Positions 52,764 through 62,000 of a DNA stretch of 62,000 bases are shown piece after piece (within the stretch, counting starts at the first letter, position 1; each line of letters opens with the position of its first letter). Made by a program: the position numbers and the translations under genes. The stretch lies in NCBI GenBank assembly GCA_013265495.1, contig MU058531.1, positions 1,548,911-1,610,910 on the forward strand. Reading direction: 5' to 3'. The stretch is from Vicugna vicugna. Its lineage: Eukaryota. The notes under the pieces were generated by a model that had not been told where the DNA came from, searched no databases, and saw only the letters and a program-made list of their open reading frames with translations.

Positions 52764-53621
52764 CAGACTCTCAACTCCATCAGGGATTCAGTCAACTCTC
52801 ATTCGACTCCTTACAGTTCCCAATGTTTTAAGCCTTCCTTTTCTTTACCGGCTGTCAAGGGCATAGGCCCTGAAGCAGAGCCAAAGTCTTAACCTAAAAC
52901 TTGTTTGGTGGCTCCTGATCAATTTCCATCTCTCTAAACACTAACAATGTTAGTGGTCAGTGAACACAACTGACCTTGTAAACGAAGACCCTAAGAAGGG
53001 GTGGGCTTCTATCTGGAGGAACTGCAGTCTCTCTCCCACAATGACTCGCTGCCCTTCAAGTTTCACTGGCAAAGTGCGCATGGGCTAGGTTCCCAGATGT
53101 CTGGCAAAGAAAGGGCAAGTCAGCCTCCACCCTTCCCCCAGCCACCCCACGCTGGCCAGGCAGCATTTAAAATGCACTCCAGGGTGTTCATCTTTTCAAC
53201 TGGAGAGGAAACAAGTTGTGACGTTCTGTTTCTCCCATTTCATTAAGGACGGAGGTCATCCCGGGGAGGGGCAGGGTAGTTTCCAAGAGAGGGCTTGTGC
53301 GGGAGGGAGTGGAGGGGGTGGGGGGACTCCCTCATCCCTTCTCTTTAGCCGGCTTCACCCTTGGAAGCCAACAAGCCCAGCTTTCAGAGTGAATTGTTTT
53401 CAGTGCGGCCTCTGCCAGCACCAGGCTCTCCCTGGCTGGCTGAGGCAGTACTCGGAAGGATTGAGTGACAGCCCAAGGTCAGATGAGGTGTCCAGAGAGG
53501 ACTGGCCAGAGGAGGTGGCATTAAGACAGCTGGGAGATAAGGGCTTGCAGAAGGGGACAAGGGCGAAGGCAGGGTGTGCATGTTAATGGAAGCCCGAAAG
53601 CTTGCCCTCCTCCCTCCCTCC

Positions 53622-53623
<2 letters not shown>

Positions 53624-53652
<29 letters not shown>

Positions 53653-53660
53653 TCACTCAC
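53624..53660. repeat. (CT)n(CA)n microsatellite
   Basis: Directly visible. Confidence 0.9.
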
Positions 53661-55599
53661 TCCTGCACAGGAACACATTCTTTGCTTTCCCTCCCCTTCT
53701 CTAACTCTCCAAGGCATTTCTATAAATAAACAATAAGACCCTGAGCCTGCCTGTGGCCCATTATTAACTCTTGCAGTGTTCAGGCTGTAAGTGTATAAAT
53801 CCTCATGCCGAGGACCTACTGGATAGCACAAATTCAATTTCTTGTAATAAGCTGTAATGGAAAAGAATCTGAAAAGAAAATAGATATATATGTATGTATA
53901 CGTATAACTGAATCGTTTTGCTGTACACCTGAAAATAACACTGCATATCAGCTACAGTTCCATTCATACATGCATACATGCCTGCATACATAGAAATCCT
54001 CACACTCTTCCTCACTTCGTGGTTTGCAAAGCCCGGTCCCACCAATGATCTTCCCCTGGTTCCTGCACCACACACGTTGAAGGGTCCCGTAAGTCCCATG
54101 CACAGAATCAAGTGTCCCCCACACTCACACTGTCCAAGGTCTGAGCCTTAATACTACAAGTTCAGGTCATGCTACTCAAAAGAATCACCTACAGGTCAGG
54201 CCATGTATACCTTAACACACTTTTTTGCACACCCCTGATAAACAGAGCCATGATCTATTAAACATTTGCTCTGTTGCAGGCACTGCTAAGTGCTTGATGT
54301 GCATGATCTCATTAAAATACCTTAAGAATCCACAGTTGTCTCTATGACAGAGGCATTTAGTGGCTGAGGGAAGGGAAGCTCTGATGCTATGTTACTTGAC
54401 TGAGATCCTAAGTGAAGAGTGTAGGTGCTGAGTTCTGAACTCAGATCTTTGTGACCATAACGCACATGCTCTCAACCCCCACCCTGAGGTCTTCTAAGAG
54501 TCCTTGAGCATCTGAGCTTCCAGAGCATCTATTTGGGGGCGTCTAGTCAGTCATCAGGAATGCCAGGATTCATAACCAGTTAAACTTCTCCAGACCAGCC
54601 ATGACATCCTTTACTCTTCACTTCAATGCACATTTACTTTGCCAGACTCTGGACCAGGTATTGTGAATAGAGCAGTAATTAAGACAGACAGGTCCTGTCC
54701 TCACAGAGCTTACAGTCAGGTTAGGGCAGACGATCCACAAAGGAATATACAATTAAATACATACACCAGTTCACCAAAAAGTTCCAAATCAACAGAGAAT
54801 AACCAGGACATAGTTTTAATTTTTTCCAAATGCTTTTCTCAACTCTGCGAGGTCAAATGATCTCCCTCCCTCTGTGCCCCCCTTAAAACATCTCAGACAG
54901 TTCCCATTACTTCCTGTCACTTTCAGTTATTGAAATTTAGTCTGAGCCAATTGAAACTCCCATCTCATATCTGATCTAAAGCCCTCTGCCCTCCACCCAG
55001 AGTGGCCAGAACTTGCTGCTGGGGGCGGGGGGCTTGGCGTGGAGGTGCAGGAGACCCTGAGCTCTTTCTCTCCACTCCTGGCCCTTGCCACCTGCAGCCC
55101 ACCTCACAGACGCTTGCTGCTGGAGGTGCCCTCACCCGGAGAGTGGCCATCATGGCTGGGGGCCAGTAGCTTCCTTGTGCCTTTCTGACCCATGGGAAAT
55201 TCAAGCAGCCTGCCAGGTCTCCCCGGCTTGGGAGAGACCCTGCCCCACTGCCATCCTTTCTTTCAGCTGCACCTTCTCTCTTCAAGGTTTTCCTCCCCTG
55301 GCACACAAACAGACGCAGTGCAGAAAGCAGTTCTGCTGCCCAAGCAGATGTCCAGCCAGGAAATAGGACACTTGTGATTCCCGAAGTGCACCCCAGACCT
55401 TGGCTTGGAGGAGGGAGGAGGAGCCCCTTTCCCTGCCCCAGCGGGAAACATTCTCACCAGGAGCTCTGCTCCTCCTCCAGGCTGACTCTGAGGATCCCCA
55501 CCCCCTCCGGCTCAGCCTTCTCCTCCTAGACCTGGGACCCAGGCCGAGGGGACAGTCTGGGGCCAAGTCTGCCGTTTCAGTTGCTGAAGATGGGTTGGG

Positions 55600-55752
55600 A
55601 GCTCTCTTTAGAAACAGAGAGAGTTTAGGACCTTTTGTGTCGCCTGTGGATCGTGACAGCCATTCCAAGACAACAGAAAAGGTCTCACTCAACATCCTAT
55701 TGCAGATAACATTATAATTGTGAGACACGTGATGAAGGAAACGAACACAGTG
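55600..55752 (-). pseudogene. Exon remnant D (3' boundary uncertain)
   Basis: Acceptor catttcccctcccag|. HCVRFLHHVSHNYNVICNRMLSETF ~ [20 protein letters not shown]. Confidence 0.5.
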
Positions 55753-56195
55753 CTGGGAGGGGAAATGTCTCTGTGCTGGAATCAGACTTCTTAGGTTCAA
55801 ATTCCAGTTCTGCCCCTTACTAATTATGTGTCCTTAGGCCCACTACTTAACCACTCTGTGCCTCAACTTCCTTACAGGTAAAGTGGTGATGATAACAGTA
55901 CGTACCTCATAGGATTAGACAAAATGTAAGTAACACTCTTAACACAATGCCTGGTACGTTACTAAATGTGTGTTAACGTAAGTTCCATGAGGACGTGGAT
56001 CGAGGGATCCAGGCACTTCACACGCATTCAGCAGTGGCTGATGAAATAACGAATGTGGGAGGATATCCAGGAATACCTGCGGGAGATACGGTAGTCAGAG
56101 AAGACCACTCTGAGGAGGTGACCCCTAAGTACTGACACAAAGGATGAGGGAGCCCTCAGCCAAAGGAAGGCAAGAGGAACAATGGGATTGGTTAC

Positions 56196-56665
56196 TTTAT
56201 CCTCCTGATGGTAAGATGTCTCCCAAGTCCAATTTAGGCAGATTGTAGTTGTATCAAATTACATCATAGACCATAGAAATGTTGCCTTAGACATTTAATA
56301 CAATGCGTAAATACAGAGTTATAAGACGCTAATTCCCTCGAGATCAAAGGTTGTCGTTAACTTCCAGGAACTAAAGTTGTCCAGGGGCTCTGTCCCCATC
56401 ACAGTGGCTCTAACAGTGCTGTCAGCAGTGCCACCATTTCCTTGGTTTGTGTGTAGTCAGGAGTCTTTGAGGAGTCCCAGCTTCTCCAAGACACGCTGCT
56501 CGTCTGCGAAAGATTTCGAGACCAAAGCTCTCCACTTTCTGTGCAATATCACCTGAGGACAGAGTCCCTGTCTGTAAAATATGGAGGTTGGTCTTGATCC
56601 ACTGCCCCATGACCTCCTTTCTGTGACCCCCCTTGTAGCTGACAGCATCCTGCCCACCCCACCTT
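56196..56665 (-). pseudogene. Exon remnant C: GREB1 second N-terminal domain, copy 1
   Basis: Polypyrimidine acceptor ...ctcatctcttag|. ILQTGTL..GDI ~ LIGYGTL..GDI. RVLEKLGLL (LEKLGL at 56472-56489) then TKEMVALLTALL ~ [26 protein letters not shown] ~ GQLPWL. Frameshifted. Confidence 0.7.
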
Positions 56666-56756
56666 CTAAGAGATGAGTAGGAGGGCAGCAAGGGTGAGGA
56701 AGGCCATGGAGGCAAAGACGGGTGGCAAAGACATGGCTGGGTTTGCCCTGTCCCAG

Positions 56757-57392
56757 TGTTGCCGGTGGATCCAACTGGCGTTCCAGGTTCTTGTCCCGTC
56801 ACAGAAAGAATTCAGAGACAAGACTTAGAGGTTAAAAAGAGTAAAATGAGGATTTATTAACAGATGGATAGTACATCTCAAGGGGAGAGCGGGCAGGCTC
56901 AGGTGAGCAGCTGCTCTGAGTTTCTTTGGCAAGGTAGTTACATAGGGTGTAAAATGAATGAGCGGAATATTCATTGAGGAGGGAAGGGCTGGGGTCATAT
57001 TTCCTGATTATCATCCCAACTCCACCTTCCCAAAGCGAGGAGGGATTTTTGTCTTTATTTTGTCTGGATTAGAAGTATCATGGCGTTGGTGCATGATGGG
57101 TACTTCTGATCTGCAAGGCTAATTTTTTGAAATGAGGGCATAATGAGCAAAAGGCTACATTCGGATACTGGAAATTCCTGCCTTTTCTGACCTTTCCTTG
57201 TTGGTCCCTAAGCCAAAGCTGTGGCCCCTTATCAGCCCAAAGATTCCTACTTTTCTTTCTCTGACCAGGGACACCTGGTATATATGTATGTTTCCTGCAT
57301 TTGGCTTGTGCCCCTCCTTTTTGCCCAATTCCTGTCATTTGGTCTGTGTCCCCCTTTCTCTGTTCATATCTAGCTGTCTGCCTGCTCTAACA
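56757..57392 (-). mobile_element. ERV1-class solo LTR with 4-bp TSD (CCAG)
   Basis: TGTT...AACA ends; ccag at 56753-56756 and 57393-57396; minus-strand AATAAA at 56853-56858. Confidence 0.85.
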
Positions 57393-57649
57393 CCAGGGTA
57401 CACCAGCTGAGAGCTCTTCTCCACAGCTGGCATGCAGGAAAAGAGCAGTGATAAACTCAAACGAAGGATGCTGAAAATCCTCAAGAAGGATGCTGATGAT
57501 CCTCAAGGAACTGAAGGGCCGAGATGTCAAAGAGTAGAAGCTTCCAAGATTCACAGGGCCCAGGGCAAGAATGTGATTGGAGGCCCTAGCCTGACCAGTC
57601 CCTTTCTCTTCCCACTCTGACTTCATCCTGAACCAATGGGGAATCTCAC

Positions 57650-57755
57650 CTTTTATGCAGTGGACACTCTGGGCCATGTGTTCAAGCCTTGTCCACATGA
57701 AATCCTCCACTTCATCCTCCGAACAGCCACCTCTCAGGACCAAGTGTACAGCAAC
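57650..57755 (-). pseudogene. Exon remnant B (106 nt, open frame)
   Basis: Acceptor ...ggtcgtgacag| and strong donor AAAG|GTGAGA. Reads VAVHLVLRGGCSEDEVEDFMWTRLEHMAQSVHCIK. Its phase-1 end fits the next remnant. Similarity to YYLVRSSQG is weak. Confidence 0.6.
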
Positions 57756-58080
57756 CTGTCACGACCAAGGGTGCAGCCACTGGTGGTGTAGCCCACCCTC
57801 GGGAAGACACACAGAGCCGATGCCGGCACGGGCCCTGGAGGTGGGCTCAGTTGGAGAAGCAATTTCAGAACCCGGGGTACCAGGGGCAACATCTAGAAGG
57901 GAGGATGTGCAGAGGCTCCAGGTGGGCACATCCCCTTGGCCTTATGGACTTCTCACTCTGTGGGAAGGGGTGCAGCTAGAAGAGGATCACAGAAGGGCCC
58001 TCTAAGGTGCAGGGGTTGAGAGCAGACGGGCTGAGAGCAGAGGGGCTGAGGGTGATTTCATGCACTTGGACATGGAGCAC

Positions 58081-58982
58081 TGTGGGAGCACAAACTTGGG
58101 TTAACAGACTTTGATACTGTAATAATTGCTTTTACCAAATCATATTCTCACCTTTATGTAAACACGTAAGAAATGCATAATCAAAACCAGTGCTTTCTAT
58201 ATTTGTCATTACACTGCTACTTCAATGCAAAATGTCCAAAAGCACCGAAGACTAAACTCTCAATACCAGTCACCACCTTGTCTACGGAACTTCGCTTAAT
58301 TGCCTTGAAGCTGCTTTGCTAGCAGGAATCTGTTACAAACTGTCCCCTTGCCCTACAAAGCAGAGACGTGCTTCGCTTGCGTTGCTTAGATCGCGGTCGT
58401 AGATTCAGGGCTGCTTGTGCTTATGGAAAACCATAACTCATCCCCTGCCCTAACCGGCAGGACATGCTTCGCTCATCAGGCGTAGGTGGACGGTGTAGGC
58501 TGCTCTTGCTCACAGAAGACTGCGACTTAGCCCTTAGCTGGGAACAGCTGGGCTGCTTCTCATGCCTAGATGATTTCTAATCATTGTAGGGAGACTGTGG
58601 TGGTCTGGGTTTTCATTATCAATTACTCGGAAAACTGTAACCTTGCCTATGATTGTTTGAGGCTTAAAATAACTGTTTGTACCATCAATATTGTAACCTT
58701 CTCTCTAAGTATAAATTAAGATTATAATGTCTCTGTTTTTCACTTACTGAAACTGCTGACCTGCATCCCTGCATATATAGCATGCCCCTTACTCATTCCT
58801 ATGACGTATTTCACTTTGATTCTTTGTTTGACTATTGTCAATAAATACAAGAGCTTTGGAGGAGCTCGGGGAGTCAGTCTGCGGGCCCCTCTCATTCTCT
58901 TGACCTGATAAAGTCTTGAGTAATTTCGTTCTTCCACGGTGGGACTTTTGCTGGACAAAACCCACGATGAACAGAACCCACA
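58081..58982 (+). mobile_element. ERVK/betaretrovirus-like solo LTR with 6-bp TSD (GAGCAC)
   Basis: TGTGGG...CCCACA inverted ends; perfect gagcac at 58075-58080 and 58983-58988; AATAAA at ~58840. Confidence 0.8.
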
Positions 58983-59502
58983 GAGCACCAGAAGGTAGAC
59001 CTGGGACAAGTGGATGGGAGTTAGAAGGAAGAATATTCCCTAGAGAACTTGCTTCCCTTCTTCACAAATTTGTATGTTCTTCTGCTTTACCAAGTATCCA
59101 TAAAATAATTGTCTGTGGACGCACTGTCACCTCTCACTCAGTACATACACAATACAATCTTCTCCCAAACTTCACAAACTCCCCACTTCAGTCAATGGTA
59201 TAATTTTCCCACATCCCAAGCTAACGTAATGGAATCCTCTTCCTCTCTGCCCTCTCCACCTTCCCCAATACCTGGCTTATCTCTGTCTGAGCCCCCTTCG
59301 CTAAAATTTAATAATAATAATAACTACATATATACATATGTAAAATGTATTATATGTATGAATATGAATTATACATTATACAATTATCAATTACACATAT
59401 GTAAAAATGAAACCTGTGAAAATGATGTGATGTTTGTGATGAGAGGTCAGACTGTGGCAACTGGAGAAACAAAAAGAGCATTAGAGAAAAAAGAGAATTT
59501 AC

Positions 59503-60525
59503 CTTCCTGTCATATCTTAAACCCCAGGCAGCCAGTGACTGCATCCACCTCCAGCAGCCTCATAAGCATAATGACAGCTCAAATGGCATTTCAAGTAATG
59601 AAAAGCAATTTTACTATAATGACAGTTGTCACGAAAATAGTTCAAACGTGCACATTGAATTTTTGTTGTTTGCTACCAACATGGTTCCTTTGGGGACTGG
59701 GTTCCATTTTTTTAAATTACCTGTCAGAACTTTGGTGGCAACAAAATGAAGATTCTGGCTAAATGCTAGGGTTAACTGCACGTGCCCTAAATGGCCAGAG
59801 CAGTGTCAGCCTCCGCAAGAAAGGGAGTGTATCATAGATCCAAAAGCGGACATATGAACAAGTAGTGCATGGTATAGCCAAAGATTAATTTTGAAAGTTG
59901 CATCATCCAACAGTGTACGTACTGGATATTTAAGTCTGTGTGTGCCATCACACACAGACTCTGGTTACAGCCATTTTTAGTTACTGTGAATCTAGTCAGC
60001 ACTATAAGTGGCTGGGATAAAATATCTGCTGTAGGAGTAGGTATAAGCATGTGACTCACCAGCTCCTCTGGTGACCCATACCTGTCAGGAGCTATTGATA
60101 CTGAGATCCATTAACAGAGCATGAGTCGGGCAAAGGGGCTATGAGAAGTTGGAACAGCAAACAGCCAACAGCCAGGAGCCCCCACTGGCTATCCTTATGA
60201 CTGTATCCTTCTGTGATATGGAGCATTTATATCTTTTGTTGCTGTTATGGCAAATTTTGGCTATAGGTGTGGCCTGATCATTGTCTCCAAACATGCTAAA
60301 ACTGGATGATGATATAATGCAATTGGAACTGATTCCAAGACAGGAGATGCCTCTCTCTACCAGGGTCTGACACACTCTTAATGTTGATAAACAAGGGCTG
60401 GGAGACGGTATGTACCTGTGGTTGTAGGTGGTGATTCCAGCAAGAGGCTTTCCACTCCATGGGTGCCATTTTGAATGTTCAGGGAGGGTTATTATCATAT
60501 TAAACAGAATCAGTCTTTCTGTGAC
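59503..60525 (-). pseudogene. Exon remnant A: two tandem copies of the GREB1 first N-terminal domain
   Basis: ORF 60139-60498 gives RLILFNMIITLPEH...HRYIP...GISCLGISSNCI (60316-60339), matching RLVSLCMEQIDIP...KRFLP...[13 protein letters not shown]. Second copy ARLNYFRDNCHYSKIAFHYL (59592-59651) ~ [20 protein letters not shown]. Donor AAG|GTAAAT at 59503. Abuts an old L1 at ~60540. Confidence 0.7.
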
Positions 60526-60539
60526 CTAGACCCTTTTAT

Positions 60540-61100
60540 ACATTTTGGATTCATTTTTAATAATTTGCTGTTTATAAATGTTTGCATCTATTTATGAGTG
60601 AAACTGGCATATAACTGTCCTTTCCTATATTGTCTTTGTAAGGTTTCAGTGTTGAGGTTATGCTAACTTGTAAATGAGTTGGGGAATGTTCCCACTTTTT
60701 TATATATTCTGGAATATTTTATATAAGATTAGAAATATTTGATCTTTGAATGTTTGATACAACCTACCTGTTAAAAATATATATATATCTGAGCCTGGTA
60801 TTTTGTGAGTGGATCTTAAACTGTCGATTTTACTACTAATCTTACATGTTTATAGGACTTGCCAAGTTTTCTGTTTCTTCTTGAGACCATTTGGAAACAA
60901 TACACTTTTCTAAAACTGCATCTATTTTATCTGTTTTCAGATTAATTAGCATAAAGTTGTTCATAATGCCCTTATATTAAATTTTTTTAATTTACGCATT
61001 ACCTATGCTTAAGACACTTTTTAATTTCCCAAAATTTTTTTAGCCTCCTCACTTTTATCTTCTTGCATCTTGTGAAAGATTTGTCTTTTTATTTCACTGG
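60540..61100 (-). mobile_element. Old L1 ORF2 fragment
   Basis: tttgcatctattt...ggttatgctaacttgtaaatgagttggggaatgttccc is antisense L1 ORF2 text. Confidence 0.7.
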
Positions 61101-62000
61101 ATGTGAAATCAGTTTGGTGAAAATTCTTTGAGGCTTATGTGGAAGGAACACGCTTCCACAGAGCAGTTGCATTTACTTCTACTGAGCCCCTGTGGGTACC
61201 GCAACCAGAAGCCATTTTTTAATGAACTATCTGCTTGAGGTTTTTCAGAACACAGGAATGTGAATTCAGATTACAAATCCATGTGAGGGTCGGTTGTGGT
61301 TATGAATTTTTAAGAAGTCTGTGTTCAGGTTGTTAAGCAGGAGAGGATATGGGCAGGGTAGGGGTGTTGGGAGAGGGGTTCAGGGGGCCAGGCTACACTA
61401 TTTCTATAATCATGAGCAAGTTTGAACCACTCTGGACCCCCATTTCATCATCTGTAAAAAGAAGTGAGTGGACAAACCCTCTGAACCATATATGACTATT
61501 TTCTGAAATGGAGAGGTTGAAGACACATCACTTTCCACAGCTTAAAGCCGGGGTCTTCAACCTTAATGTATATTGGAAATATCTGGGACGCTCTCAAAAC
61601 TCTCCAACACCCAGGCCACAACCCAGACCAATTTAAAAAGTATCTGGGAGGGCGGAGGGAGGCAGGCATCAGTCTTTTTTAAAACTCTGTAGGTGATTCT
61701 GATATGCAGCCAATGTGGGCATCCACTCATTGGCAGAAAGAGGGCAGGGTTCAGAGGCGGGAAGTCAGCAAAACGGCACCCAAGGTACTGCTCTGAGTCT
61801 GGGATCCTTATCCACAATCAGCAGGGTTTGTTCAGGCCACAACTCCCAGTAGCTGCAAAAAAAGAAACCCCAATAACCAAAAACAAACAAACAAAATGCA
61901 GAACCTGGTGATGAAGGCTAAGGAGGAGACTCTCTCCTTGGGGCTTGGAGGACCACCCAGACTTGGGCAGCTCTTTGGGACTCTCACTGATGAAGACGCA

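Larger units (their letters stand above)
13700..60525 (-). pseudogene. Decayed multi-exon GREB1/GREB1L-family paralogue (unitary pseudogene); 5' end not visible
   Basis: About 13 minus-strand segments match successive parts of GREB1L/GREB1 in collinear order, e.g. LGISSNCI~[14 protein letters not shown]~LEKLGL, KITFI..TEL..DRIRL~KVDFI..SEV..QRIRQ, ERKYFESLINY~[10 protein letters not shown], CRRC~CEQC, HLKHMILPELNLT~HVHNFIILNVDLT, terminal LTG. Many segments are flanked by polypyrimidine-AG and GT sites. Numerous stops and frameshifts. Reference sequences recalled from memory. Confidence 0.8.

Noticed and set aside
59109..59762. 217-aa plus-strand ORF
   Set aside because: Runs through L2-like and AT-rich low-complexity sequence and is antisense to exon remnant A; no protein-like signal.
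60055..60480. Plus-strand resemblance to a TGF-beta type I receptor kinase retrocopy (TSSSGDPYL, GKG.Y.EVW, YDCILL*YGAFISFVA, GLTH)
   Set aside because: Requires several frameshifts and deletions. The opposite strand is an open 119-codon frame with a GREB1 signature (LGISSNCI) that fits the surrounding gene model, so this is probably coincidence. A blastx of both strands would settle it.
1..62000. CRISPR arrays, rRNA or tRNA genes, prokaryotic systems
   Set aside because: The sequence is mammalian; no regularly spaced repeat-spacer array or structured RNA gene was seen.

Overview
Mammalian genomic DNA, probably cetartiodactyl and most likely camelid (inferred from L1 3' tails and from seeing no Alu, B1/B2, Bov-tA, PRE-1 or CHR-type SINEs). 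It is rich in MIR/L2/L1/MLT/MER repeats and carries several solo ERV LTRs. I found no intact protein-coding gene. The main signal is a decayed multi-exon gene on the minus strand (~60,525 to ~13,700). About 13 exon remnants, many with recognisable splice sites, translate through stops and frameshifts into peptides that align in collinear order with GREB1/GREB1L: N-terminal domains, circularly permuted SF2-helicase-like region, CxxC segment, then the C-terminal TET/JBP-associated glycosyltransferase (TAGT) domain up to the terminal LTG motif. Divergence is high, the exons are few and large, and the N-terminal module is internally repeated (about four copies of the first domain, two of the second). 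This suggests a dead third GREB1-family paralogue (unitary pseudogene), not a copy of GREB1 or GREB1L. All alignments were made by eye against GREB1/GREB1L sequences recalled from memory and need tBLASTn/HMM confirmation. Repeat family names are also by eye, and many boundaries are approximate.
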